NCBI GenBank assembly: GCA_902597335.1
Contig: CACJXK010000004.1
Location: 57,981 to 121,980 of the forward strand
Reading direction: 5' to 3'
Length of the DNA stretch: 64,000 bases
Origin: an uncultured Pelagibacteraceae bacterium
GTDB lineage: Bacteria; Pseudomonadota; Alphaproteobacteria; Pelagibacterales; Pelagibacteraceae
The notes beneath the pieces are model-generated. The model worked only from the letters and a program-made list of their open reading frames with translations, was not told the origin of the DNA and did no database searches. Positions 18,888 through 28,340 of this stretch are shown here, in pieces; position 1 is the first letter of the stretch; every line of letters begins with the position of its first letter. The position numbers and the translations under genes are program-made.

Positions 18888-19970
18888 ATGTCTAAAATTA
18901 AAATTGTAAATTTACAAAAATCATTTGGAGATTTCACTGCAGTTAAAAATTCTAATTTAACAATTAATGATAAAGAGTTTTTTGTTTTGCTTGGCCCATC
19001 TGGATGTGGAAAAACAACAACTCTGAGAATGATTGCTGGATTAGAATTACCAACATCAGGAGAAATTTATTTAGGAGATGAAGAAGTTGGAATGTTAAGA
19101 GCATCTGAGAGAGATATTGCCTTCGTTTTTCAATTGTTTGCCCTCTATCCACATATGAATGTAAAAAATAACCTTTCTTTTCCACTTAAAATGCAAGGTT
19201 ATAGTAGAAGTGAAATTAAAGCTAGAGTTGAAGATGCAGCAAAACTTTTAAGAATTGATCATATTTTAAACTCCAACATTTCCTCTTTATCGGGTGGAGA
19301 TAGACAACGTGTAGCTCTTGGTAGAGCTTTAGTTAGAAGACCAAAAGCATTTTTAATGGATGAGCCTTTAGGTACTTTGGATGCAGAATTTAGAGAATTA
19401 ATGTGTTTAGAACTTAAGAAATTACACATCGATATTGGCGCCACCACTGTTTATGTAACACACGATCAATTAGAGGCAATGTCATTAGCTGATCGTATTG
19501 CCGTAATGGATGGTGGTGAAATTTTACAAGCTGATGAACCTTCAGTAATCTACAATAAACCTGCTACCAAATTTGTAGCATCATTTATTGGCTCCCCTGG
19601 AATGAATTTTATAAGTATTGATCAAGGAATTTCCAATGAACAGTCGACTTTAAATATAGAAGGAACAGATTTTAGTATACCTAAACAGTATGAGATATCA
19701 AAAGGCAAAAAAAACTCATTTGGTATTCGTCCTGAAAATTTATCTCTTACTAACGAAGGTGGTCTTAAAGGTTCAGTATTTGGAGTTGAATATTTAGGCT
19801 CAAGAAAAATTGTTACTGTTAAAACTAATTTTGGAGAAATCAAAGTAAAAACTGATATTTCAACAAGTGTTAAAATCAATGAAAACGTTCAAGTAAAACC
19901 CTCAAATGATAACATAATTATTTTTGATGGTGAGACTGATAAATCTCTTAAAAGTGAGTTTATGAATTAA
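18888..19970 (+). CDS. Carbohydrate ABC transporter ATPase 1 (MalK-like)
   Basis: GPSGCGKTT, variant signature LSGGDRQR, LMDEPL and YVTHDQ. Confidence 0.93.
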   Translation: MSKIKIVNLQKSFGDFTAVKNSNLTINDKEFFVLLGPSGCGKTTTLRMIAGLELPTSGEIYLGDEEVGMLRASERDIAFVFQLFALYPHMNVKNNLSFPLKMQGYSRSEIKARVEDAAKLLRIDHILNSNISSLSGGDRQRVALGRALVRRPKAFLMDEPLGTLDAEFRELMCLELKKLHIDIGATTVYVTHDQLEAMSLADRIAVMDGGEILQADEPSVIYNKPATKFVASFIGSPGMNFISIDQGISNEQSTLNIEGTDFSIPKQYEISKGKKNSFGIRPENLSLTNEGGLKGSVFGVEYLGSRKIVTVKTNFGEIKVKTDISTSVKINENVQVKPSNDNIIIFDGETDKSLKSEFMN

Positions 19971-20977
19971 TGGCAAAAATAGAATTAAAAAATTTATCTA
20001 AAACCTATAATAAAAAAATTGAGGCCTTACATGATATAAATTTTACCATTGAGGATGGTCAGTTTTTTGTTTTATTAGGCCCCTCAGGTGCTGGAAAAAC
20101 TACTACATTAAGATGTATTGCTGGATTAGAGAAAATAGATAATGGAAGTATTCTATTTAACGATGAGTCCGTAACCGAAGATCAACCAGCATCAAGAGAT
20201 GTTTGTTTTGTGTTTCAACAATACTCTTTATATCCTCACTATAGTGTTTATGAAAATTTAGCATTCCCTTTAAGATCTCCAATGAGAAAATTACCTGAGG
20301 ATGAAATTAAAACTAAGGTTGAGAATATTGCAAATATGTTAAAGATTTCAAATAAGCTAAATAATAAAGCCACACAATTATCTGGTGGTGAGATGCAAAG
20401 AGTTGCAATTGGACGTGCGCTAGTTCGTGAGCCAAATTTATACTTGATGGATGAACCGTTATCCTCTCTAGATGCTAAATTAAGAGAGAGTTTAAGGGTT
20501 GAATTAAAAAACATTCAAACTAATCTAAATGCAACAATACTTTATGTTACACATGATCAAGCAGAAGCCACTACTTTAGCAGATAAAATTGGAGTTTTAA
20601 AAGAAGGCCATTTGGTGCAAATAGGTACTCCTGAAGAGATATATGAAAATCCAAATTCTATATATGTTTCGCAAAGATTGGGTTCGCCAAAAATCAATAT
20701 TCTGCCTGGAACTTTACTTGGAATGAATGATGTACCTACTTTTGGTATAAGACCTGAGAATATTACAATAGGAAATGGTAACCACTCAGCCAAAATTATC
20801 TCAATTGAAAATCTAGGCTCTGAAACAGTAGTTGCTTTAAATTTTAAAGACCAAGAAATACTTGTGTCAATTCAAGGTAATTATAAATCATCAATAAATG
20901 AGACAATTAATTTTGACATCAACAATAAAAAAGTTTTAAAATTTGATAAAGAGGGAAACAGAATTTATGAGCGTTAG
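19970..20977 (+). CDS. Carbohydrate ABC transporter ATPase 2 (MalK-like)
   Basis: GPSGAGKTT, LSGGEMQR, LMDEPL and YVTHDQ. Confidence 0.93.
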   Translation: MAKIELKNLSKTYNKKIEALHDINFTIEDGQFFVLLGPSGAGKTTTLRCIAGLEKIDNGSILFNDESVTEDQPASRDVCFVFQQYSLYPHYSVYENLAFPLRSPMRKLPEDEIKTKVENIANMLKISNKLNNKATQLSGGEMQRVAIGRALVREPNLYLMDEPLSSLDAKLRESLRVELKNIQTNLNATILYVTHDQAEATTLADKIGVLKEGHLVQIGTPEEIYENPNSIYVSQRLGSPKINILPGTLLGMNDVPTFGIRPENITIGNGNHSAKIISIENLGSETVVALNFKDQEILVSIQGNYKSSINETINFDINNKKVLKFDKEGNRIYER

Positions 20978-21593
20978 TTTTTTAATTTCTCAAGCAAAAA
21001 GTGTCCAAAAAGTTATAGATGAAAATTCTGCTGAAATAGAGGTTCTTGATCAAAAAATTGGAGATGGAGACCATATTTTTAACATTCAACGAGGTTTAAA
21101 GTTAGTTGTTGAACTTGAAGATTCAATCAAAGATTTACCATTAGCCAAAGCTTTAAACATGATAGCAATGAAAGTTCTGTCAGGTATCGGTGGATCATCA
21201 GGCGCATTATTTGGAACTTTTTTTATGACCATGGCTAAATCTCCTGACCTAGATAAAGATGTTGATTTTAATAAAGCATGTGAAATGATTATTAGTGGAA
21301 TTAAAGCCATGAAAGAAAGAGGAAAAGCCGATGTTGGAGAAAAGACTATGATGGATGTTTTAATACCAGTTTCAGAAAAACTTAATGAATTAAAAAATGA
21401 AAGTGAATTTAAATCAGGTTTAAATGAAGTAATTAAAATTGCTGAAGAAAGAATGTTATCCACAAAAGATATGTTAGCCACAAAAGGTAGAGCTTCTTTT
21501 TTAGGTGAACGCGCAAAAGGACATATAGATCCTGGAGCCCGTTCTTCACAGCTTATAATCGATACAATTTGTAAATCAGTAATTAATAATTAG
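20967..21593 (+). CDS. dhaL: Dihydroxyacetone kinase subunit L (nucleotide-binding, Dak2)
   Basis: ATG 20967 after GAGGG. LD..IGDGDH, GGSSGALFG, G.KTMMD and ATKGRASFLGER..GHIDPGA.S. Confidence 0.9.
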   Translation: MSVSFLISQAKSVQKVIDENSAEIEVLDQKIGDGDHIFNIQRGLKLVVELEDSIKDLPLAKALNMIAMKVLSGIGGSSGALFGTFFMTMAKSPDLDKDVDFNKACEMIISGIKAMKERGKADVGEKTMMDVLIPVSEKLNELKNESEFKSGLNEVIKIAEERMLSTKDMLATKGRASFLGERAKGHIDPGARSSQLIIDTICKSVINN

Positions 21594-21601
21594 GAGGGAA
21601 A

Positions 21602-22594
21602 ATGAAAAAATTTATTAACAATAACGATGATTTTTTAAAAGAGAGTCTTACAGGTTTTGGTAAGGCACATAGCGACATTATAAACGTCAATCTAGACCCA
21701 AGTTTTGTTTCAAGAAAAAATAAAACCAAAGATGGAAAAGTCTCCCTAATTTCAGGTGGTGGAAGTGGTCATGAACCAATGCATGGAGGATTTGTTGGTC
21801 ATGGAATGTTAGATGCTGCATGCCCAGGTTTTGTATTTTCAGCACCAACACCTGATCAAATGCAAGCAGCAGCAGAACATGTTGATAGTGGTGCAGGGGT
21901 TTTATTTATTGTTAAAAATTATTCTGGAGACATAATGAACTTTCAAATGGGTGCTGAAATGTACTCTGGCAAAAATGATAGTATTGTTACTAACGATGAT
22001 GTTGCTGTTGAAGACTCTACATTTACAACTGGAAGAAGAGGTGTTGCAGCAACAGTATTAGTAGAAAAAATAGTTGGATCTTTAGCTGAACACGGCGGAT
22101 CACTCGAAGAATGTAAAAAACTTGGTGAAAAAGTAAATAAAAACGCTGGTACGATGGGAGTTGCATTTACAAGCTGCACTGTTCCTGCTGCAGGAAAACC
22201 TACTTTTGATATAGGCGATGATGAAATGGAGTTTGGTGTAGGGATACACGGTGAGCCAGGAAGAAAAAGAGAAAAAATTCAAGCTTCAAAAACGATTGTA
22301 GGAAATATTCTTGAAGCTATTTTAGATAATTTAAAACCAGAAAAAAATGAGAAGAATTTACTTTTCGTAAATGGAATGGGAGGCACTCCTTTAACAGAAT
22401 TATATTTAGTTTACGAGGATGCATGTCAAATTTTGCAATCAAAGGGTATTCAAGTAACAAAAAGTTTAGTTGGAAATTATTGTACATCACTTGAAATGCA
22501 GGGTGCTTCAATTACTCTTCTCAAATGTGATGATGAAATCTTAAAGCATTGGGACTCTCCAGTTCATACAGCGGCAATGAGATGGGGAATGTAA
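21602..22594 (+). CDS. dhaK: Dihydroxyacetone kinase subunit K (Dak1)
   Basis: AGGAGG RBS. SGGGSGHEP, VKNYSGD, GRRGVA, GIHGEPG (catalytic His) and TSLEM.G. Confidence 0.93.
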   Translation: MKKFINNNDDFLKESLTGFGKAHSDIINVNLDPSFVSRKNKTKDGKVSLISGGGSGHEPMHGGFVGHGMLDAACPGFVFSAPTPDQMQAAAEHVDSGAGVLFIVKNYSGDIMNFQMGAEMYSGKNDSIVTNDDVAVEDSTFTTGRRGVAATVLVEKIVGSLAEHGGSLEECKKLGEKVNKNAGTMGVAFTSCTVPAAGKPTFDIGDDEMEFGVGIHGEPGRKREKIQASKTIVGNILEAILDNLKPEKNEKNLLFVNGMGGTPLTELYLVYEDACQILQSKGIQVTKSLVGNYCTSLEMQGASITLLKCDDEILKHWDSPVHTAAMRWGM

Positions 22595-22606
22595 AACTTT
22601 TTTTGA

Positions 22607-23758
22607 TCAAATAACGACTAAATCAAGTTTCTGATTGCCAAGTCTTTCGTTACCACTTTCTGTAACTAGGTAAGTTTCACCTAAGTTCATTGCTAAATTA
22701 TTTTCAGAATCCATTAATATCATATGCATAAAAAATACATTTCCTGGTTTAATTACATATGGATTTCCAGTGTATAACATTGGCCAATCCATCCAATTAG
22801 GTGAAAAGGTTGCCCCTAAAGAATAGCCACATGCATTCATTCTAGAATTTTTATAACCTAAATCATCAAAAGTTTTTGCATGAATATCATATACTTCACC
22901 AACTTTGTTCCCTGGTTTCAATTTATTTTCACAATTATTTAAAGCCTCAATACAAGCTTCATGCATTTTAAAATGTTTTGGATCAGCTTTTCCAATTGGA
23001 ATAGTCCGAAACATTGCAGAGTGATAATGTCTGTATGTTCCAGCCCATTCTATAGTCAGTTGATCTTGTGAATTTAATATTTGTTTTTCAGCTTGGTATC
23101 GACAAAGAAGTGCATTTTTACCAGATCCAATTATAAATTCATTTGCAGGATAATCACCACCTCCCTCAAATATGACTTTATTCATTTCAGCTAAAATTTT
23201 AGACTCGCTTACACCTGCTTTTGTATGTTTCCAAACCTCAATTAAAGCTTTGTCAGCTAAATTTGCCGCCTTTTTTACATAATCAATTTCCTCATTGGAT
23301 TTTATAACTCTTAATTTGCTAACTAACTCAGAAGTATCTTCTATTAAGCAGTAATTTTCTAAAGATTTATTTAGCCTTAAAGCATTTCGACCAGTTAATC
23401 CGTACGCTTCATATTCAATTCCAATTTTTTTACCCTTTAAATTTAATTCATCTAAAATAACTTTAAGATCTTCAGTTGGGTTTGATCCATTTTTATCAAC
23501 CCATATTCTTATATCACTAATATTAGATGTGTTTTGTGCTTGTCTTAAATCTGGAGCTCTTGTTAATAAAATTATATTACCTTTTTGATCCAAAACTAAT
23601 GTTTGAAAAAAAACATATCCAAATGTGTCATATCCAGTGAGCCAATACATCGACTCCTGTCTAAACATAAGGAGAGCATCCAATTTTTCCTCTTTTAAAA
23701 GTTTAATTATTTTATCTTTCCTACTTTTGAATTCTTCTACAGAAAAATGAAGACCCAT
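22607..23758 (-). CDS. M24/creatinase-fold protein (Xaa-Pro peptidase family, metal-free creatinase/ectoine-hydrolase-like branch)
   Basis: Creatinase_N (ESMYWLTGYD), R.IKS.EEI. Canonical metal ligands are replaced (IEWAG..RHYHSAMFRT, ACGYSLG, FMHMI). Confidence 0.8.
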   Translation of the reverse strand: MGLHFSVEEFKSRKDKIIKLLKEEKLDALLMFRQESMYWLTGYDTFGYVFFQTLVLDQKGNIILLTRAPDLRQAQNTSNISDIRIWVDKNGSNPTEDLKVILDELNLKGKKIGIEYEAYGLTGRNALRLNKSLENYCLIEDTSELVSKLRVIKSNEEIDYVKKAANLADKALIEVWKHTKAGVSESKILAEMNKVIFEGGGDYPANEFIIGSGKNALLCRYQAEKQILNSQDQLTIEWAGTYRHYHSAMFRTIPIGKADPKHFKMHEACIEALNNCENKLKPGNKVGEVYDIHAKTFDDLGYKNSRMNACGYSLGATFSPNWMDWPMLYTGNPYVIKPGNVFFMHMILMDSENNLAMNLGETYLVTESGNERLGNQKLDLVVI

Positions 23759-24528
23759 TAATTGATAGTTGTTCTAACAGTACCAAGTTTCTCTACTTTG
23801 CCTATATATTCACCTTTGCTTTTAATTGGCACAACACCAACTGTAGAGCCAGTAAATACATAAAAATCTTTATCTAAAGAAACTTTCTCTTTTCTTATTT
23901 TGTTAAGAACAAATTTTAAAGAATTTAGTGGGTTTACATAAACAGTATTTGTATTACCGTTTACGTTTAATCCTTTTTTATTTTTTAAATTTGTTTTTAA
24001 ATTGCTGAAATTTATTTTTTTAAATTTTTTCTTAGCTCCAACAATAAATTTAATATTCACACCAAAGTCACTACATAAATCACCTAAATATTTAATACCT
24101 TTTTTTCTCTGCCTAAATCCAACAACCTCAATGCAAGGACCCATATGAGTAATAAATTTTGTTATATTTTTTGAATTTAATTTTCCTTTAAAGTCAAAAA
24201 ATTTTTTTTTAATTATATAGTAAACCTCCACTTCAGTACCTAAAGCATATTTATTAATTTTTACTCTTCCTCCAGATTTAATTAAATTTTTTCCAAATAC
24301 AGTCGAATGAAATGGCTCTTTTTCTTTTAATTTTTTTAAGAGAGCAATTATTGTACCTCCAGCTTTAAAACCAACTTTTATATCGTTAATTTTACTTTCG
24401 CATAACAATCTAAGTTTATGTGCTAATTTTATATTCTTACAGAATTTTTCAGGAATTGGATTGATAAGTTTATTACTATTATAAGCCTTTACTAATTTTT
24501 TTGACACTGATTGAATATCATTTTTCAT
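23758..24528 (-). CDS. Fumarylacetoacetate-hydrolase fold protein, 2-keto-4-pentenoate hydratase-like
   Basis: VGFKAG, GTEVEV, PCIEVV..R, NPLNSL and FTGS...VVP. Confidence 0.7.
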   Translation of the reverse strand: MKNDIQSVSKKLVKAYNSNKLINPIPEKFCKNIKLAHKLRLLCESKINDIKVGFKAGGTIIALLKKLKEKEPFHSTVFGKNLIKSGGRVKINKYALGTEVEVYYIIKKKFFDFKGKLNSKNITKFITHMGPCIEVVGFRQRKKGIKYLGDLCSDFGVNIKFIVGAKKKFKKINFSNLKTNLKNKKGLNVNGNTNTVYVNPLNSLKFVLNKIRKEKVSLDKDFYVFTGSTVGVVPIKSKGEYIGKVEKLGTVRTTIN

Positions 24529-24537
24529 ATCTATAGC

Positions 24538-25326
24538 CTATTGAAGAACTGTCATTGGATCAAGCCTTGTTTGAAACCAATTTATTCTAAAATCTAAGTG
24601 AGGACCAGTTGATCTTCCAGTTGAACCAACAGTTCCTATTATATCTCCTTTTTTAATTAAATCTCCTACTTCAACCATTACATTTTCTAAATGAGAATAA
24701 ATTGTCGATATACCATGACCATGATCCATAATAATTGTACCTCCGGTGTAATAAAGGTCATTTTCAGCCATCGTGACCACCCCAGTACCAGAAGATTTAA
24801 TCTCAGTTCCTTTTTTTGCCGCTATATCAATACCGTAATGAGGCCATCTTGGTTTCCCATTGAGAATTCTTTGACTTCCATAAACCCCACTAATTATACC
24901 TTCAACCGGCATAATAAATTTTTCAGAAAAAAAAGTTAAATTGGAGTTAATTGCTCTAGCTTCTCCAATTTTTCCATTTTCTTTTTTAATTCTTTTATAA
25001 ACAGATTCAGGTGGTGTTACTTTATTTTCAGGCAATCCATCAATTCTTTGAATGTTATACTTGCGTTTAAAAACTTTTTTGATTATTTTTTCTGATTTAC
25101 CGTTAGTAATTTTTGTTATCAAAACATCAAACTTCCTATCTCGATCAATTCCAAAAACAAAATAACCATCATCTGATACTTTGACATCTTTTTTATCAAT
25201 TATTATTTTTGAATTAGGATCTGTTTTTCCTAAAATAAAATGACCTTGAATAAATTTACCATCAAATTCAATTGCAAAAATATTTGTTGGAAAAAAAATT
25301 GCTAATATTAGCAACAGTTTTTTCAT
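24538..25326 (-). CDS. M23 family metallopeptidase (exported)
   Basis: Start at 25326 (MKKLLLILAIFF signal peptide, overlapping the SDR stop). HYGIDIAA, STIYSHL and STGPHLDF. Confidence 0.9.
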   Translation of the reverse strand: MKKLLLILAIFFPTNIFAIEFDGKFIQGHFILGKTDPNSKIIIDKKDVKVSDDGYFVFGIDRDRKFDVLITKITNGKSEKIIKKVFKRKYNIQRIDGLPENKVTPPESVYKRIKKENGKIGEARAINSNLTFFSEKFIMPVEGIISGVYGSQRILNGKPRWPHYGIDIAAKKGTEIKSSGTGVVTMAENDLYYTGGTIIMDHGHGISTIYSHLENVMVEVGDLIKKGDIIGTVGSTGRSTGPHLDFRINWFQTRLDPMTVLQ

Positions 25327-26084
25327 TATTTTGCTGTCCATCCTCCATCTATCAGAATAGATGATCCAGTTATCATTGCAGCAGCATCTGATGCTAAAAA
25401 ACATACAGCTGTAGCTACATCACTCTCTTTAGCTGCTTTGCCCATAGGAATATTACCTAAAGCCAAATTTTTGAACTTTTTATTTTTAAAAAATTTTTTT
25501 ACCATAGGAGTTTCAACAAATGTCGGAGCAACTGTATTTACTCTGATATTTTTTGTTGCTAGCTCTACGCCCATGCCCTTTGTTAAACCTTCAATTCCAA
25601 ATTTAGTCATATTATAAATATTTCTACCAGACATACCTACATGGCCAAGTTGAGATGACATATTTATAATTGATCCAGTTCTTTTTTTATTTTTAATCAT
25701 TTTCTTTACAACTAACTGTGCAACATTAAATGCAGCTTTTAAGTTTAGATCTACTAAATAATTCATACTTTGCTGTTTTATCTTCTCAAATGGTTCTGGG
25801 ATATTGGTCCCTGCATTATTTACAAGGATATCAATAATTTTTATTTTTTTTAATTTTTCCTGTAATTCGCTATAGTTCATTACATCACAATGAATTTTGA
25901 TTAATTTACTTTTGACTTTTTTTATGTCCTTTTCTAATTTATCAAGATCAGACGATGTTCTACTCAAACCAATAATCGTTGCCCCTGCTTCAGCTAGCGC
26001 AATTGAACAAGCGCGTCCTAAGCCTTTACCAGCTCCTGTTACAAGAGCATATTTCCCTTTAAGATTAATTTTTTTTAAATACAT
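25326..26084 (-). CDS. Short-chain dehydrogenase/reductase (HpsO-like)
   Basis: TGAGKGLG, NNAG, SSQLGHVG, YNMTK, RVNTVAPTF and DGGWTA. Confidence 0.85.
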   Translation of the reverse strand: MYLKKINLKGKYALVTGAGKGLGRACSIALAEAGATIIGLSRTSSDLDKLEKDIKKVKSKLIKIHCDVMNYSELQEKLKKIKIIDILVNNAGTNIPEPFEKIKQQSMNYLVDLNLKAAFNVAQLVVKKMIKNKKRTGSIINMSSQLGHVGMSGRNIYNMTKFGIEGLTKGMGVELATKNIRVNTVAPTFVETPMVKKFFKNKKFKNLALGNIPMGKAAKESDVATAVCFLASDAAAMITGSSILIDGGWTAK

Positions 26085-26660
26085 TTAAATAAATAACTTG
26101 ATGTCCGTATAAATTAAATCAATTGCAACAAATAATATAGCAAATAAACCAACCCAAGCTATCCATTTGTACTCTTTAATCCATCGAGAAATTAATGTTG
26201 CAGCAGTTGCCATTAATATAATTGATAAAACAAGACCAAAAACTAATAAATAGTAATGATCTTTGGCAGCACCTGCTACACCCAATACATTATCTAAACT
26301 CATAGTAAAATCAGCTAACAAAACAGTCCAAATTGCTTTAAGCATTGATGAACTGTCTACTTTGATATTTTCCTCGTCATTTTGTGAATTTTTAATTACA
26401 TCAACATAAAGCTTGTAAACTATGTATAACAATAACAAACCTCCTAAGAGTCTTAGTCCTGTTATTTGTAAAAGGTAAGCAGTTATGAGCGTTAATAAAA
26501 TTCTTAATATTACTGCTCCACCAATTCCCCAGAAAATTATTTTTTTTCTTTGTTCTGGAGGAAATTTCGAAGCAACCATTCCTATAATAATGGCATTATC
26601 TCCAGCAAGAATTAAATCAATAAATATTATTTGAAAAAAAATTGTAATTTCTTCTGTCAT
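26085..26660 (-). CDS. TerC family membrane protein (YjbE-like)
   Basis: IDLILAGDNAIII and ADFTMSLDNVLGVAG. Confidence 0.9.
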   Translation of the reverse strand: MTEEITIFFQIIFIDLILAGDNAIIIGMVASKFPPEQRKKIIFWGIGGAVILRILLTLITAYLLQITGLRLLGGLLLLYIVYKLYVDVIKNSQNDEENIKVDSSSMLKAIWTVLLADFTMSLDNVLGVAGAAKDHYYLLVFGLVLSIILMATAATLISRWIKEYKWIAWVGLFAILFVAIDLIYTDIKLFI

Positions 26661-28258
26661 CTAGCATCTTCTATTATCATATCTGCTGCTTTTTCAGCAA
26701 TCATAATAGTAGGTGCATTAGTATTTCCTGAGGTTATCGATGGCATAACAGATGCATCAACAATTCTTAAATTTTTCAAGCCATGAGCCACTAATCTATC
26801 AGATACGACTGCATTTTCATCTGAACCCATCCTACAAGTACTTACAGGGTGAAAAATAGTACTGCAAAATTTTCCTGCCTCTTTAGCTAATTCCTCATTA
26901 TCTGTGATATGAATACCAGGCCTATATTCTTCTGGTTCATATTTTTTGTATGCTTTAGAATTCATTACAATGTTTCTTGTAATTTTTAATGCTTTACCTG
27001 CAATTTCTCTGTCTTCATCTGTAGACAAATAATTCATTTTAATTTTTGGGGACACTCTTGTATCTGAAGATTTTAGTTCAATAGAACCTCTGCTAGTGGG
27101 TCTTACATTCGTTATACTAGGAGTAAATGCTGTAAATTTATGAAGAGATCCTTTGCCTAATACATCTGTACTAGCAGGAGAAACGTGAAACTGTAAATTA
27201 GGAGTTGCCAAGTGTGGATCACTTTTGACAAAGCCACATAAATAACTAGCCCCAACAGTAAGTGGTCCTTTTCTAAATAAAAGATATTTAAGTCCTGTCA
27301 TAAATTTTTTAGTCATACTGTAATAAATATCATTTAAACTCTCTAAATTTTTGACTTTGTAAACTGGTCTGAGCATTAAATGGTCAGTTAAATTCATTCC
27401 TACTCCAGGGTGATCTTTAACAACATTTACGTTATTTTTTTTTAACAATTCACCTGGTCCAATACCTGAGGCTTGAAGAATATGAGGAGAACCAATTGTT
27501 CCAGAACTTAAAATCACTTCCTTATTTGCTTTTACAGAAATTACATTGTTGCCAATCCAGTAATTTACTTTGTCTGCTTTTTTATTATCGAACTCAATAT
27601 TCTTAACATGAGCATTTGTAACAACTTTTAAATTCCTTCTTTTTTTTACAGGATTTAGATATCCAACTGCTGTGCTACATCTCAGTCCATTTCTAACCGT
27701 AAAAGGAAAATAACCCATGCCCTCGTTATCTCCATTATTAAAATCATCAGTTCTTTTATGGCCGAACTCTTCTGCTGCATCCATAAAAAGATCACAAACT
27801 TTAAATGTTCCTCTTATTTCTTGAACAGCTAAAGGGCCTCCAGATCCATGAAATTCATTTTCACCAAATTGGAAATCTTCAGATTTTTTAAAATATGGAA
27901 GAACATCTTCCCAAGACCAACCAACGTTACCAAGCTGTCTCCAGTAATTAAAATCATTAGACTGGCCTCTTATATAAAGCATTCCATTGATAGAGGAACT
28001 TCCACCCAATGTTTTGCCTCTTGGATAAACCATTTCTCTATTATCACAATATTTCTCTCTTTCTGTTTGAAAACACCAATCTGTTTTAGGGTTCAGCATT
28101 GTCTTAAAATATCCACCTGGAATATGTATCCATGGATTGGTATCTTTGCTTCCTGCTTCGATTAATAATACCTTGTGATTAGGGTTAGCACTCAATCTGT
28201 TAGCTAAGACACAGCCTGCAGATCCTGCACCTAAAATAATATAATCAAAGTTTTCCAT
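26657..28258 (-). CDS. GMC family FAD oxidoreductase (choline dehydrogenase-like)
   Basis: GAGSAGCVLANRLS, PRGKTLGGSSSINGM, TIFHPVSTCRMG and GNTNAPTIMIAEK. Confidence 0.9.
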   Translation of the reverse strand: MENFDYIILGAGSAGCVLANRLSANPNHKVLLIEAGSKDTNPWIHIPGGYFKTMLNPKTDWCFQTEREKYCDNREMVYPRGKTLGGSSSINGMLYIRGQSNDFNYWRQLGNVGWSWEDVLPYFKKSEDFQFGENEFHGSGGPLAVQEIRGTFKVCDLFMDAAEEFGHKRTDDFNNGDNEGMGYFPFTVRNGLRCSTAVGYLNPVKKRRNLKVVTNAHVKNIEFDNKKADKVNYWIGNNVISVKANKEVILSSGTIGSPHILQASGIGPGELLKKNNVNVVKDHPGVGMNLTDHLMLRPVYKVKNLESLNDIYYSMTKKFMTGLKYLLFRKGPLTVGASYLCGFVKSDPHLATPNLQFHVSPASTDVLGKGSLHKFTAFTPSITNVRPTSRGSIELKSSDTRVSPKIKMNYLSTDEDREIAGKALKITRNIVMNSKAYKKYEPEEYRPGIHITDNEELAKEAGKFCSTIFHPVSTCRMGSDENAVVSDRLVAHGLKNLRIVDASVMPSITSGNTNAPTIMIAEKAADMIIEDAR

Positions 28259-28340
28259 ATTAATTAAAAATAATTAAATTTTTTTAAAAATCTTTTAACA
28301 TATACTTTATAAATTAAATAATAAGATTAGGTAGTTTAAT

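Noticed and set aside
26657-28258. Assigning betA to the GMC oxidoreductase
   Set aside because: Family motifs are clear, but there is no betB/betI/choline-transport context and the substrate cannot be fixed from sequence.
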